Below are positions 27,832-37,659 of a stretch of 64,000 bases of DNA, one piece after another (the first letter of the stretch is position 1; each line of letters starts with the position of its first letter). Source of the DNA: an uncultured Candidatus Saccharibacteria bacterium (lineage in GTDB: Bacteria > Patescibacteriota > CPR2 > UBA1875 > CAIMLA01); contig CAZEFH010000001.1 in the NCBI GenBank assembly GCA_964511435.1, positions 9,346 to 73,345 of the forward strand, given 5' to 3'. A model generated the notes under the pieces. The model ran no database searches and was not told the origin of the DNA. It saw only the letters and a program-made list of their open reading frames with translations. Made by a program: the position numbers and the translations under genes.

Positions 27832-28443
27832 TTAGACTCCTAGCTCCTCAAAAACTGACTTTCCCTTCTTCTTTGGTGAATATGCTTCTTTCGCAAGCGA
27901 AACCCCAAGCTCTAGTGCCTTGCGGTTCAAGCTCTTTAACTGTGGCTTTTTTAGATATTTTGTGGCAAAATGCTTGTCCATTGCTGTTTCCACTATTTTC
28001 TGGTCTAGGATTTTCATCTCTGATACTATTGCGCCCATCAAAATCACGTTAAAAACCTGTGGTACAAGCTTATCTTTTGCAAGAGAAGTCGCCGGTACCG
28101 CCAGTTTCTCAGCGGCAACATTACGAAGCTCTGATCCGAGTATCGTATCGCTGTCATAGATATAAAGAGAAGTATCACCAATATATTCTTGTACTCGATG
28201 AATCGCCCGATCGCGTAAAACAACTATGATATCTGCAGTTGAGAATTTCGGAAACCCGATAACGCCTTTACTTATTTGGAGAAATCCTAAAGAAACACCA
28301 CCACGCTGCTCCACACCATAGTTGGGCATATACGAAACATTAAGACCAGCAACAAAAGCTGCCTCCGCCAAAATATGAGAAATCGCCTGGACGCCTTGAC
28401 CTCCCTCGCCGGCAATAAGAACTCTATATACTGCTTTATCCAC
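27832..28443 (-). CDS. porC: Pyruvate/2-oxoacid:ferredoxin oxidoreductase gamma subunit
   Basis: IAGEGGQGVQ...PNYGVEQRGG pattern of POR gamma. Confidence 0.8.
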   Translation of the reverse strand: MDKAVYRVLIAGEGGQGVQAISHILAEAAFVAGLNVSYMPNYGVEQRGGVSLGFLQISKGVIGFPKFSTADIIVVLRDRAIHRVQEYIGDTSLYIYDSDTILGSELRNVAAEKLAVPATSLAKDKLVPQVFNVILMGAIVSEMKILDQKIVETAMDKHFATKYLKKPQLKSLNRKALELGVSLAKEAYSPKKKGKSVFEELGV

Positions 28444-29155
28444 GAAGTACCCCCACAGGATAAATTTCCTCTAATTTCTTTGAGAACTCTATGGTTGCAG
28501 CAGCGTCCGTTTTCCAATTTGTCGGACAATATGAAACAATCTCGACCAAGGAAAAATTTCCTGCCAGCTGTGCCTGAATCGCCTTTTTCAAAGTATTTTT
28601 GAGGCCAATAATGTTGTTCACACTAGCTCGCGCGATAAATGCCTTTTCTGATGCCACATTTAGTAGTAGTTCGGGGCCATAGATTGGCTTATCAGCCGTA
28701 AATTTTCCCTCCGGTGTCGTATCAGTCACTTCATGCGAGAAAGTTGTCGGGCTTGACTGTCCCCCCGTCATCGCGTAAACGCTATTATTTACCCCAATGA
28801 TAGTCACGGGTTCATTTCGATGCGCTGTATGAATAAGACCCTGAAGGCCAATAGCATAAAGACCGCCATCCCCCGCGATACCAATAGCGACACTTTCCTT
28901 CTGCGCCCTCTTATATCCCGAAACCATGGGTGTCACTCGACCATGATGAGATTGAGCCGTATCAAGATTATAATAATTCCAAGCTAGTAGATTACAGCCG
29001 ATATCGATCCCAAATACTGTTCTCGGAGCAATCTCAAGCTCGTCAATCACTTCTCCAAGAGTCTTTAGAATGATGCCGTAGCCACATCCAGGACAGAAAT
29101 TACTTGGCTTACTAGTAGGCTTCACTACTTTAGGCATTCGTGGACCTTCCATCAC
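28436..29155 (-). CDS. porB: Pyruvate/2-oxoacid:ferredoxin oxidoreductase beta subunit (TPP-binding)
   Basis: NFCPGCGYGIIL, GIAGDGG TPP motif. Confidence 0.85.
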   Translation of the reverse strand: MMEGPRMPKVVKPTSKPSNFCPGCGYGIILKTLGEVIDELEIAPRTVFGIDIGCNLLAWNYYNLDTAQSHHGRVTPMVSGYKRAQKESVAIGIAGDGGLYAIGLQGLIHTAHRNEPVTIIGVNNSVYAMTGGQSSPTTFSHEVTDTTPEGKFTADKPIYGPELLLNVASEKAFIARASVNNIIGLKNTLKKAIQAQLAGNFSLVEIVSYCPTNWKTDAAATIEFSKKLEEIYPVGVLRG

Positions 29156-30225
29156 AGTGCCTCCCGTATCTTTTCTTCTATATCCTCAACCGTAATACCT
29201 TCTGCTGGCTTGTAAAGGCGAATAAACTCCGCATCTGTCGCTTGAGCCAATGTCTCGCGAACAATGCGGCCAAAGTGTCCGGCACTACTCTCAGCAATAA
29301 TGATTTTCTTCGCTTTTGCAACTGACTTTATCGCTCCCGCTGTATCAAATGGGCGCATTGTGATTGGGCGAAATAGTCCTACCTTCGCCCCCGCTTTGCG
29401 CATTTCAGCCACCGCAACCTTGGCAGCATAACCTACGGTGCCCCAAGCAAAAACAACTATGTCAGCATCAGCCGTGCGAAAACTTTCCGATTCAATTATT
29501 TGAGGAGAGACCTTAGCAAATTCGGAAAATAGATCTCCTAAGTGTTCCACTAATTCTTCTTCAATCGAGAAGCAATTGCGCATATTTTTGATATCACCAT
29601 TCAGAAAATATGGTTCTGAATCAGCAACTTCCACCTTCTCTGACAAGTCTACTGGGGCAAGAGTCTTCGAGAGATAGCCGTCACCAAGCACAATTACAGG
29701 AAAACGGTATTCCCAAGCTACGTCAAAGGCCTTCTGCATATAGTGGTAGAGTTCAGAAACAGTTGCTGGGGCATAGATAATACGAATACCTTCTCCGTTA
29801 CCACCGAAACGTGCAAGGGTCAGTTCTTGTTGGGAATAGATGACTGTACCCGTAGATGGACCGCCGCGCTGGCCGACATACATTACAAATGGTAGTCGAT
29901 ATGACTCCGCTACGGAGAGTGGGTCCTGCATCAGAACATGCCCAATACCGGCTGTAGCCGTCCAAGCTTTGCGGCCAGCAAGTAAGGCCCCTATAACAGC
30001 GAAGCCAGAAGCAGTTTCGTCTTCCATCTGCATGAATTCTAGTTTAGAATTCTTTGCCGCAACCTTCGCCCAGCCAGAAAGAACCTCAGTTGTTGGCGTA
30101 ATCGGATAGCCTGCAAAAAAGTCAGCTCCCGCTGCGAGTGCACCACGAAGAACGACTTCATTTCCGGTCAGTAGTTCTTTTTTATTCATGGTAATAGGTT
30201 TTTTAGCCAACTTCCCTCCAGACAA
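29152..30225 (-). CDS. porA: Pyruvate/2-oxoacid:ferredoxin oxidoreductase alpha subunit
   Basis: GNEVVLRGALAAGADFFAGYPITPTTE, MQMEDETASGFAVIGA, POR-alpha family. Confidence 0.85.
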   Translation of the reverse strand: MSGGKLAKKPITMNKKELLTGNEVVLRGALAAGADFFAGYPITPTTEVLSGWAKVAAKNSKLEFMQMEDETASGFAVIGALLAGRKAWTATAGIGHVLMQDPLSVAESYRLPFVMYVGQRGGPSTGTVIYSQQELTLARFGGNGEGIRIIYAPATVSELYHYMQKAFDVAWEYRFPVIVLGDGYLSKTLAPVDLSEKVEVADSEPYFLNGDIKNMRNCFSIEEELVEHLGDLFSEFAKVSPQIIESESFRTADADIVVFAWGTVGYAAKVAVAEMRKAGAKVGLFRPITMRPFDTAGAIKSVAKAKKIIIAESSAGHFGRIVRETLAQATDAEFIRLYKPAEGITVEDIEEKIREAL

Positions 30226-30240
30226 TGTATCTATTCTACT

Positions 30241-32319
30241 CTACTTCTTCTCTGGCTCAAAGACCATCTTTGCGTCCAGAGCGAGAATTCCATGATGATC
30301 AGTGTTCACTCGTATTGGATTTATATCAACTTCACGAATGTGAGGAAAATCCACCATCAATTGGGACAAACCCGAGATAGCCACAGCCAAGGCGTCGATA
30401 TCAAATTTCTCCCCTTTACGGTAACCGTGAAGAATCGCATTGTAGCGAATACCCTCTATCATCTCTCGTGCCCTTTCAATGCTAACAGGCGCTAGACCTA
30501 GGCGGAAATCCTTGAAAAGCTCGATATAGACACCCCCCAAACCAAACATGGTAATTGGTCCAAATAGTGGGTCTCTCTTCGCGCCTATCGCCACTTCCAC
30601 TGTCGAACGGACCATGTGATAAACTGTTACACCCAATATCTTCGCTTTTGGATGATGTTTCTTGGCATTCTTTAACACTTCCTGATATGACTGCCTCAAA
30701 TCATCCTCGTTCTCAATTGCCAGCTTGATAGCGCCTACTTCTGTTTTGTGTAGTATATCTGGTGAAGTTACCTTCAGTACCACTGGATAACCAATCTCTT
30801 TTGCTGCTTTCACTGCCTGGGTCGCATTTGTCGTTAACTTCGACCCTGCCATCGGAATGCCATAAGCCATAAATATTTTGGCAATGTCGGCGTCATCTAG
30901 CAGCTTATAAGCCTTAATTACTCTCCCTGCGATGTCCTTTCTCACCTTGGTATAAGTCTCTATTTTTGGCTTCTGATAGTAATATTTAGCGTATGCAGCA
31001 AGTTTATCAAGTGCTAGTATTGCCCGCTCAGGGTATAGAAATGTACAAATTTTGTGCTCAGAAAGATACCTTCTCGCATCTTCTAGTTTTGGACCACCAA
31101 TGAGGACAACCGCCATATCTCCGGACGAATACTTTGTAATAACCTCGGCAATTTTAACCGCATCAGTAGATGATTGCGGTGTCAAAATTACTAGCTTAAG
31201 ATCACTATCATGTTTACCCTTTAGCATTTTAAAGGCAAGTTCGAAAGTTCTACTAGTCGCATCTCCTAGGAGATCTATTGGGTTCTCTACAACAGCTCCG
31301 AATGGTAGCACCTTCGTTAGGGTTTCTTTTTGAATAGCAGTAGGAGTAAAGAAGCTTAGATTTTTGGAGGCGGAGACCGCGTCAGTGGCCATCACCGCAG
31401 GACCACCGGCGTTTGTAAGAATTAGTAACTTGTCGCCTTTTGGTAGCTTCATGTCAGCAAAGACAGTCGCAAGTTCGAACAGGTCTTCAAGTGTCTCGGC
31501 CCTAATTATTCCTGACTCTCTCAGAACCGTCTCAATGATTACATCATCAGCTGCTAGTGCACCTGTGTGTGAGCCGGCAATCTGTTCACCGCGTAAGCTA
31601 CGACCAGCCTTAAGTAAGATAAATGGTTTTCTTCTGGTCACTTTTCTCGATATCTCGAGAAAACGTTCCGGATCACTGATAGACTCAAGATATCCGATAA
31701 CGACATCGGTAGCCTTGTCGTTCGCAAAATATTCAAGGACATCTGCTTCATTAATGTCCATCTTATTCCCAAGACTAACAAAGTGAGAAAAGCCGACATT
31801 GTTGCCGTTTGCCCAATCTAGTATTGCCGTACAAGTCGCCCCACTCTGTGAAAGCACAGCGATGTTTCGTTTTTTAGGCATATTAACGGCAAAAGAAGCA
31901 TTTAATTTCGTCGTAGGATCTATGATACCAAGACAGTTCGGACCTAAAACTCGAATGCCATAGGTGGCAGCAATCTTAGCCACTTTCTGCTGAAGTTCTA
32001 CTCCCCTGGGACCGGCTTCAGCGAAACCAGCAGAAATAATAACCACACTACGAATGCGCTTTTTGCCACAATCTAGCATCACCTCGGGGACTAAAGCCGC
32101 AGGAACGACTATTACCGCGAGATCAATAAGAGAACTAATGTCAGCTAGTTTCTGGTATGTTTTGTACCCTAAAATATTGTCTTCATGTAAATTAATAGGG
32201 AATATTCGGCCCTGGTAGCCACCATCGATGACATTCTTAAGAACAGCAAACCCAATCTTGTTTGGATTTGCCGAAGCGCCAATAATAGCAACCGACCGCG
32301 GCTGAAAAAAGTCTTTCAA
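30241..32319 (-). CDS. Acetyl-CoA synthetase (ADP-forming), fused alpha/beta (CoA-binding plus ATP-grasp)
   Basis: N-terminal succinyl-CoA-synthetase-like CoA-binding fold (PRSVAIIGASANPNKIGF) and C-terminal ATP-grasp; 692 aa. Confidence 0.8.
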   Translation of the reverse strand: MKDFFQPRSVAIIGASANPNKIGFAVLKNVIDGGYQGRIFPINLHEDNILGYKTYQKLADISSLIDLAVIVVPAALVPEVMLDCGKKRIRSVVIISAGFAEAGPRGVELQQKVAKIAATYGIRVLGPNCLGIIDPTTKLNASFAVNMPKKRNIAVLSQSGATCTAILDWANGNNVGFSHFVSLGNKMDINEADVLEYFANDKATDVVIGYLESISDPERFLEISRKVTRRKPFILLKAGRSLRGEQIAGSHTGALAADDVIIETVLRESGIIRAETLEDLFELATVFADMKLPKGDKLLILTNAGGPAVMATDAVSASKNLSFFTPTAIQKETLTKVLPFGAVVENPIDLLGDATSRTFELAFKMLKGKHDSDLKLVILTPQSSTDAVKIAEVITKYSSGDMAVVLIGGPKLEDARRYLSEHKICTFLYPERAILALDKLAAYAKYYYQKPKIETYTKVRKDIAGRVIKAYKLLDDADIAKIFMAYGIPMAGSKLTTNATQAVKAAKEIGYPVVLKVTSPDILHKTEVGAIKLAIENEDDLRQSYQEVLKNAKKHHPKAKILGVTVYHMVRSTVEVAIGAKRDPLFGPITMFGLGGVYIELFKDFRLGLAPVSIERAREMIEGIRYNAILHGYRKGEKFDIDALAVAISGLSQLMVDFPHIREVDINPIRVNTDHHGILALDAKMVFEPEKK

Positions 32320-32337
32320 GAATACCCTCCCCTATAT

Positions 32338-32982
32338 TTAGCCGTCGGCACCAACTACAACCGTTTGCCCATTTTCATTTTGTTCTTCTTCAAGAACTTC
32401 GGTGTCGGTAGTTTGAATTTCTTCGGTCGTATCTGGGATCACGGTAGTTGTTTCTTCAGTTGTGGTGTCCTCAGTTGTGTCTGTCTCCTCGGTAACCTCA
32501 GGCTGAAGCGGATCGGGTGCCTCGTTCAGGACAGCCAGCTCCTTATTTAGTGTGTCTAGCTGCGCTTGCTGTTCTTCTAGTTTCTTATTATTTACCGAGC
32601 CAACGATAAAATAACTAACAACACCAAATATAAGCGTCGCTACCAGACCACTTAAAACAATCATCACTACACCTCTAGTATTCGCAGGTGAGTGCTTGCT
32701 ATAGCTCTGATGGATCTTTGTTTCTTCCGGTGCTGCGACCGGTGCTATCTGATCCATACTCACTCCGGGCTGAACCGGATCAGGAACGCTCGCTACAGGC
32801 TCATTGACTATATCTGAAGGCGTACTTACAGAGCTAGCAAGATTGATCTTTACGTCATCCGGTTTGTCAAAACCGCCATAAAAATGATCAGCCTGAGTAT
32901 TTACTGGCTCCTGCTGCTTTGCAGCTCCAGTAAAAGAATCTGGCTGATCAGTATTAGGATTAATTGTGTCTACCATCATCAT
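32338..32982 (-). CDS. Hypothetical acidic low-complexity membrane protein with coiled-coil
   Basis: Single TM (VVMIVLSGLVATLIFGVVSYFIV), coiled-coil EEQQAQLDTLNKELAVL, Thr/Glu-rich tail. Confidence 0.45.
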   Translation of the reverse strand: MMMVDTINPNTDQPDSFTGAAKQQEPVNTQADHFYGGFDKPDDVKINLASSVSTPSDIVNEPVASVPDPVQPGVSMDQIAPVAAPEETKIHQSYSKHSPANTRGVVMIVLSGLVATLIFGVVSYFIVGSVNNKKLEEQQAQLDTLNKELAVLNEAPDPLQPEVTEETDTTEDTTTEETTTVIPDTTEEIQTTDTEVLEEEQNENGQTVVVGADG

Positions 32983-32995
32983 GGCACTTCCCTCT

Positions 32996-33820
32996 CTAAC
33001 CTATTGTAAGAGTATTTAACATTTTCTGCAAATCATCGGCATAACCACCAGCTTCGGAAAAGATAAGACAACCAGCCCCAGCAGGGACGATTACGGTCGA
33101 TACTTGAGTATTTGAAGTTGGTGATGTAAAAGTATACTTCTGCGCTACTCTACCCGCAACCGTCATCGTTTCTACCTTCACTCCAGACATCGCCGCATAA
33201 GTCTTGTTAACTTGGTCGGCTGTTTTTGATGATAGATTCACTACCACTGGAGCGATAAAATCACTTCCTGCGGGAATAGTTGCCGGTAATGACTGATTAC
33301 TAAATGCCACCACGGAAATAAACCCAAGAGCGTCATTTTTACCATAATCCTGTAGATTCCAGCCAGTCTGATATTTAATCTTGTAGCCACTACCGTTATA
33401 AGTCTTCCAGTCCTTGGTTGGATCTATAGCGGCGGTAGCCGTAGTGGTATATTCTTTTGCAATCCAGCCTGTTTTATCCTGATAAGAAACTTTGTACCAT
33501 CCCTCAAGCTCCTCTGTCACGGTCAGCTTTGTCCCATTCGGTATTAGCAGTTGTCTTTCCGAACCAGCACTGTGGTCGGTACGTAGACTCAACCCTCCAT
33601 CAGCATTTACATAAACTACTAGCTCTTTTTTCACTGGCTGATCTCCAGTCGTGACAGCCACTTCAAGTTTCTTCCCGGTAGTCGGGGTCATATTTGTAAA
33701 GCGATAGAAAGTGAAGCCAATCAGCGTCAGAGCGCTGGCAATAACCGCAATGACGATAAATTTCTGTCTGCGCTTTGCTAGGGGCGATTTCTTCATTCGA
33801 TAAAGGTTTCTTGATAACAT
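32996..33820 (-). CDS. Membrane-anchored SH3b-domain protein
   Basis: TM anchor plus SH3b block ADGGLSLRTDHSAGS...GWYKVSYQDKTGWIAKEYTT; paralog of 17244-17735. Confidence 0.65.
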   Translation of the reverse strand: MLSRNLYRMKKSPLAKRRQKFIVIAVIASALTLIGFTFYRFTNMTPTTGKKLEVAVTTGDQPVKKELVVYVNADGGLSLRTDHSAGSERQLLIPNGTKLTVTEELEGWYKVSYQDKTGWIAKEYTTTATAAIDPTKDWKTYNGSGYKIKYQTGWNLQDYGKNDALGFISVVAFSNQSLPATIPAGSDFIAPVVVNLSSKTADQVNKTYAAMSGVKVETMTVAGRVAQKYTFTSPTSNTQVSTVIVPAGAGCLIFSEAGGYADDLQKMLNTLTIG

Positions 33821-34296
33821 TAAAGTGCACTTATCCCTTTAATTTTCCAGGCTTCATCCTCTTTCACCAAAAGGAACTGCCGTCCGTACAAATCCTCTCC
33901 CACCTGAACATTCATAGAAACATCCATGTCCTCTCCGTCTGCCACAACCTCTGATTCACCGATTGTTACATTCGAGAGATCACTCCCAAGTTTCAAGGTA
34001 TTCTTAATGTCCATGTTTTGGACCGAGGCAGCAAGGTATAGCTTCGCATTTACAGTGTTATCTGACTTTACTTCTGAAAGGAAAGTACGGACAACTTCTT
34101 CAGGTGTAAACCCGTTGATATCCTTTATCGCCCTTATGTCCTCAACCTGTTTCCTAACCGACGTAATTTTGTTAGCCACTTCGCTATTTTTGGCTTGAAA
34201 AACACTGTTTTGAAAAATCACTACGGCAGCAACAGAGACCACCAGTAGTATGGCCATGCAAATTGCTGTAACTAGCGGTAACCGATCTTTCAACAT
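33820..34296 (-). CDS. Hypothetical membrane-anchored protein
   Basis: N-terminal TM, about 130-aa soluble domain; stop/start overlap with neighbours suggests an operon. Confidence 0.45.
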   Translation of the reverse strand: MLKDRLPLVTAICMAILLVVSVAAVVIFQNSVFQAKNSEVANKITSVRKQVEDIRAIKDINGFTPEEVVRTFLSEVKSDNTVNAKLYLAASVQNMDIKNTLKLGSDLSNVTIGESEVVADGEDMDVSMNVQVGEDLYGRQFLLVKEDEAWKIKGISAL

Positions 34297-34308
34297 TTTA
34301 TCCTCCTA

Positions 34309-35292
34309 CTAACTCTCTTCGACTTTTGTTAATTCTATTTTAGCGCTAAGATCGCGAAATGTCAGTAGTCCATCCTGCGCACCTATCTTCTCTACTACAC
34401 TACCGGCGTTATAAGAGGCCGCCTTCATCGCATAACCTGTTCCGTAACCAAGAATTCTCATTGCCACAAACGTTGACCCAAAAGCATCACCGCAACCAGT
34501 AGTTTCCACTGCATTATGAGAACTCGCAGCCACAAAGTATTCTTTCTTTCCATCTGTAGCGTAACTACCATTACCACCATCAGTAATAACCACCGTCCCT
34601 TTGGTAATCTCATTTAGGCACTTCAGTAGCGCCTTTTCATCTCTCGGAAGAAACTTATCCCTACTCATCGCTAAAGATTCTGCCTCAGTTCGATTCAATA
34701 TCAGAATGTCGGTCTCCTCAAGATAACTACTGAGGTCTTCGTAGCCTCCAGCTAGCTGTTCGCTGCCTGGATTCCAGGCAATCTTTATTCCATGAACTCT
34801 AGCATAGGAAAATATCTCCGGTATCAGATCTGCCGACTTACCAGTAAGAGAAGTGATATAAAACCATTTTGTCTTAAGGCGACGCCAATCGTGGACGTTT
34901 AAATGGTCATTTGCACCCCGAAAAAGGAACATCGTATGATCCTTCCCAGGCAAGCCCACAATAATTGACATAGCAGTATGGTTCTTGATATCACGACTAA
35001 TGTGGTCGATATTCACTCCCAGGTTATAGAGCGTATCAATAACAAGACTACCTGTCCCTTCATGACCAATATTTAGAAGCGTAGAAACAGTAAGTCCTAG
35101 CTTCACAAAGGAAACAGCCGAATTCATACCTCCACCACCATAAGTAAAGAGACTATCATCAGGGATTATCTTACCACCATATTCAAAAGCAAGCAGCTTC
35201 TGATGCCTTTCCAGATTATTGATAACCTTGGCCTCTTTCGTCATAAAGAAAACGTCTCTAGAGGCACCACCAATTGTGATTACATCAAACAT
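34309..35292 (-). CDS. PfkB-family carbohydrate kinase (ribokinase-like)
   Basis: N-terminal GG motif region and C-terminal TGCGDAFGSTF anion-hole/catalytic Asp motif. Confidence 0.8.
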   Translation of the reverse strand: MFDVITIGGASRDVFFMTKEAKVINNLERHQKLLAFEYGGKIIPDDSLFTYGGGGMNSAVSFVKLGLTVSTLLNIGHEGTGSLVIDTLYNLGVNIDHISRDIKNHTAMSIIVGLPGKDHTMFLFRGANDHLNVHDWRRLKTKWFYITSLTGKSADLIPEIFSYARVHGIKIAWNPGSEQLAGGYEDLSSYLEETDILILNRTEAESLAMSRDKFLPRDEKALLKCLNEITKGTVVITDGGNGSYATDGKKEYFVAASSHNAVETTGCGDAFGSTFVAMRILGYGTGYAMKAASYNAGSVVEKIGAQDGLLTFRDLSAKIELTKVEES

Positions 35293-35293
35293 T

Positions 35294-36820
35294 TTATCTC
35301 TTGTCCTTTACTAATGATTTTGCAGTCATTTCTTGTGGTATCGGTAGCCCCATCAGCTCAAGGACTGTTGGTGCTACATTCGCTAGATTGGGTTCAGCTA
35401 TCTTCGCTAAGCGGTAATCATCGGAAGAAACTAGGATAAACGGTACTGGATTCGTGGTGTGCGCAGTATATGGGGTACTATCAACTTCCGCCATTTTTTC
35501 AATATTACCATGGTCTGCGATAATAATTACTTCATATTTTTGTCGATACGCTTCCTCTACGATTTGTCCAAGACAATCATCGACTGTCTCCGCCGCTTTT
35601 ACTGCAGCCTTCATCAAGCCGGTATGACCAACCATGTCAGGATTGGCATAATTAACAACGATAAAATCAAATTTACCAATCTTTTCAAGCAGTGCCTTCG
35701 TAACCCCACGGGCACTCATTTCCGGCTGAAGGTCATAAGTGGCTACCTTCGGCGACTGGACCAACATTCGGTCTTCACCCTTTTCCTGATATTCGTTGCC
35801 GCCGTTCAAAAAATAAGTAACATGCGCGTATTTTTCGGTTTCGGCGATATGAAACTGGGTTAATCCGTGCTCCGAAATCACATCGCTCAGTGTCTCTGGA
35901 ACACTCTGAAATGGAAACATTACCGCCGTCACTGGCAGTTTGGCATCATACTCTGCCATAGTTGTAAAATAAAGTTTTTTCACTACCTTATCGCGCTTAA
36001 AACTGCTGAACTTATCTGAAACAAGAGCCCTACTAAGCTGTCTCGGTCGATCACTACGAAAGTTAAAGAAAACTACCGCATCACCATCCGAGATTAGCCC
36101 CTGAGCATCTATCACTGTTGGTCGGATAAACTCATCGGTCACTCCAAGCTGATAACTGCTTGTAATAGCTTCCTCCGCGGTATCGGCAAGGTCGCCCTTA
36201 CCCGAGACCATGGCATCATAAGCAGCTTTAGTTCGGTCCCATCTATGATCACGATCCATCGCATAATATCTTCCGCAGACTGTGGCAATCTTACCTACTC
36301 CTAGGTCGCGAATTTTCTTCTCTAGTTTCTCGATACTACTTATTCCAGAGTGAGGATCAACGTCACGACCGTCAGTAATTGCATGAATATAGACCTCATG
36401 GACACCGTGCTCCCGCGCTGCGCCGAGCAGAGCGAACAGATGCTTTTCGTGCGAATGCACTCCTCCTGGACTAACAAGGCCCACTAGATGTAGCTTCCGG
36501 TGATTTTCCCTGGCATAACGAAGCGTTGAAATCAGGGCCTTGTTTTGATAAAAGGTGCCGTCAGCAATGGTTTCATTTATCTTTGGTAAGTCCTGCAATA
36601 CAACTCTTCCGGCACCGATGTTTAGGTGACCGACTTCTGAGTTTCCTATTTGCCCCCTGGGCAGACCAACAGCCTCACCAGAAGCCGCTAACTTCAGATG
36701 AGGGAAAGCAGACCAGAGATGGGTGAAATTAGGAACTTTGGCAACACTAAGAGCGTTGGCTGGTCCAGCGGGAGCCAGACCCCAACCATCAAGAATTACG
36801 AGCATTACCCTCCGTTGCAT
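35294..36820 (-). CDS. gpmI: 2,3-bisphosphoglycerate-independent phosphoglycerate mutase
   Basis: VMLVILDGWGLAP, alkaline-phosphatase-like core, GNSEVGHLNIGAGR; 508 aa. Confidence 0.9.
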   Translation of the reverse strand: MQRRVMLVILDGWGLAPAGPANALSVAKVPNFTHLWSAFPHLKLAASGEAVGLPRGQIGNSEVGHLNIGAGRVVLQDLPKINETIADGTFYQNKALISTLRYARENHRKLHLVGLVSPGGVHSHEKHLFALLGAAREHGVHEVYIHAITDGRDVDPHSGISSIEKLEKKIRDLGVGKIATVCGRYYAMDRDHRWDRTKAAYDAMVSGKGDLADTAEEAITSSYQLGVTDEFIRPTVIDAQGLISDGDAVVFFNFRSDRPRQLSRALVSDKFSSFKRDKVVKKLYFTTMAEYDAKLPVTAVMFPFQSVPETLSDVISEHGLTQFHIAETEKYAHVTYFLNGGNEYQEKGEDRMLVQSPKVATYDLQPEMSARGVTKALLEKIGKFDFIVVNYANPDMVGHTGLMKAAVKAAETVDDCLGQIVEEAYRQKYEVIIIADHGNIEKMAEVDSTPYTAHTTNPVPFILVSSDDYRLAKIAEPNLANVAPTVLELMGLPIPQEMTAKSLVKDKR

Positions 36821-36843
36821 ACTACTATTGTAGCAGAAATAGT

Positions 36844-36870
36844 ATAAAAAAGAGCCTCTTTTGAGGCTCT
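36844..36870 (-). terminator. Intrinsic terminator (minus strand) after the membrane-protein gene, before gpmI
   Basis: Minus strand reads AGAGCCTC-aaaa-GAGGCTCT followed by TTTTT. Confidence 0.6.
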
Positions 36871-37651
36871 AGCTCTTGATTTCCACTAAGTCCCGGTACA
36901 TCAGGTAAACGTAAAGAACCCCGATAATAGTAAGAATCATCGAAACCACCATATCAAGCACCGAGAATATCGAACCAGCTGTACCGCCGGTACTTGCAAG
37001 ACGCTGAGTAATATCACCAATGATGCCGGTCGCGATACCAAGGACAATAAACCGGCCTACTAGTGGCCAAAAATAGCCTTTTACCAGTTCTTTGCTTCTC
37101 TTTAGTACTTCTATACCCCGCTTTCCTTCGGCAACAAAAACAAGCGTAAACATCGAAAACCAAATTGCAACTACAAATCCCGGGATAATAAACAAAACAC
37201 TGCCAAGAATCACAGCAAATACGGTGGCTAGCGATACCAGTAAATAACTAGGTAAACTTGTGAGACCATACCTTAGTGTATCCGGTATATTGATTGCATC
37301 TTTGTTTAAACGCTGCCAGACATACTTGGAAAAAGCTAAATTCATCAAACTTCCTAGCAGTAGCGCTATGACTACAAAGGCAATAATCCAGGGATCTGTC
37401 ACAAACCCTTTTATCAAATCCCAGTATTTCTCTGGACTAGAGTGTGCTGGCAGATTAACAATTTCGCTTAATTTTGACCAGTTGGAACTAACAAAGCCCG
37501 CGGCAATTACTGCCACCGGTATGGAAGTAATAAGACCAGCTACAATCTGAAACAATAGATAGTCTTTCCAATATATCTTGAAGTTATCAATAGAGCCCTC
37601 GATAAGCTCCATGATGCCACGTATTTTAGTGCTTGTATCTGCCTTTTCCAT
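36869..37651 (-). CDS. Hypothetical polytopic membrane protein
   Basis: Five or six TM helices, no recognisable soluble domain. Confidence 0.45.
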   Translation of the reverse strand: MEKADTSTKIRGIMELIEGSIDNFKIYWKDYLLFQIVAGLITSIPVAVIAAGFVSSNWSKLSEIVNLPAHSSPEKYWDLIKGFVTDPWIIAFVVIALLLGSLMNLAFSKYVWQRLNKDAINIPDTLRYGLTSLPSYLLVSLATVFAVILGSVLFIIPGFVVAIWFSMFTLVFVAEGKRGIEVLKRSKELVKGYFWPLVGRFIVLGIATGIIGDITQRLASTGGTAGSIFSVLDMVVSMILTIIGVLYVYLMYRDLVEIKS

Positions 37652-37659
37652 TTGACCCC

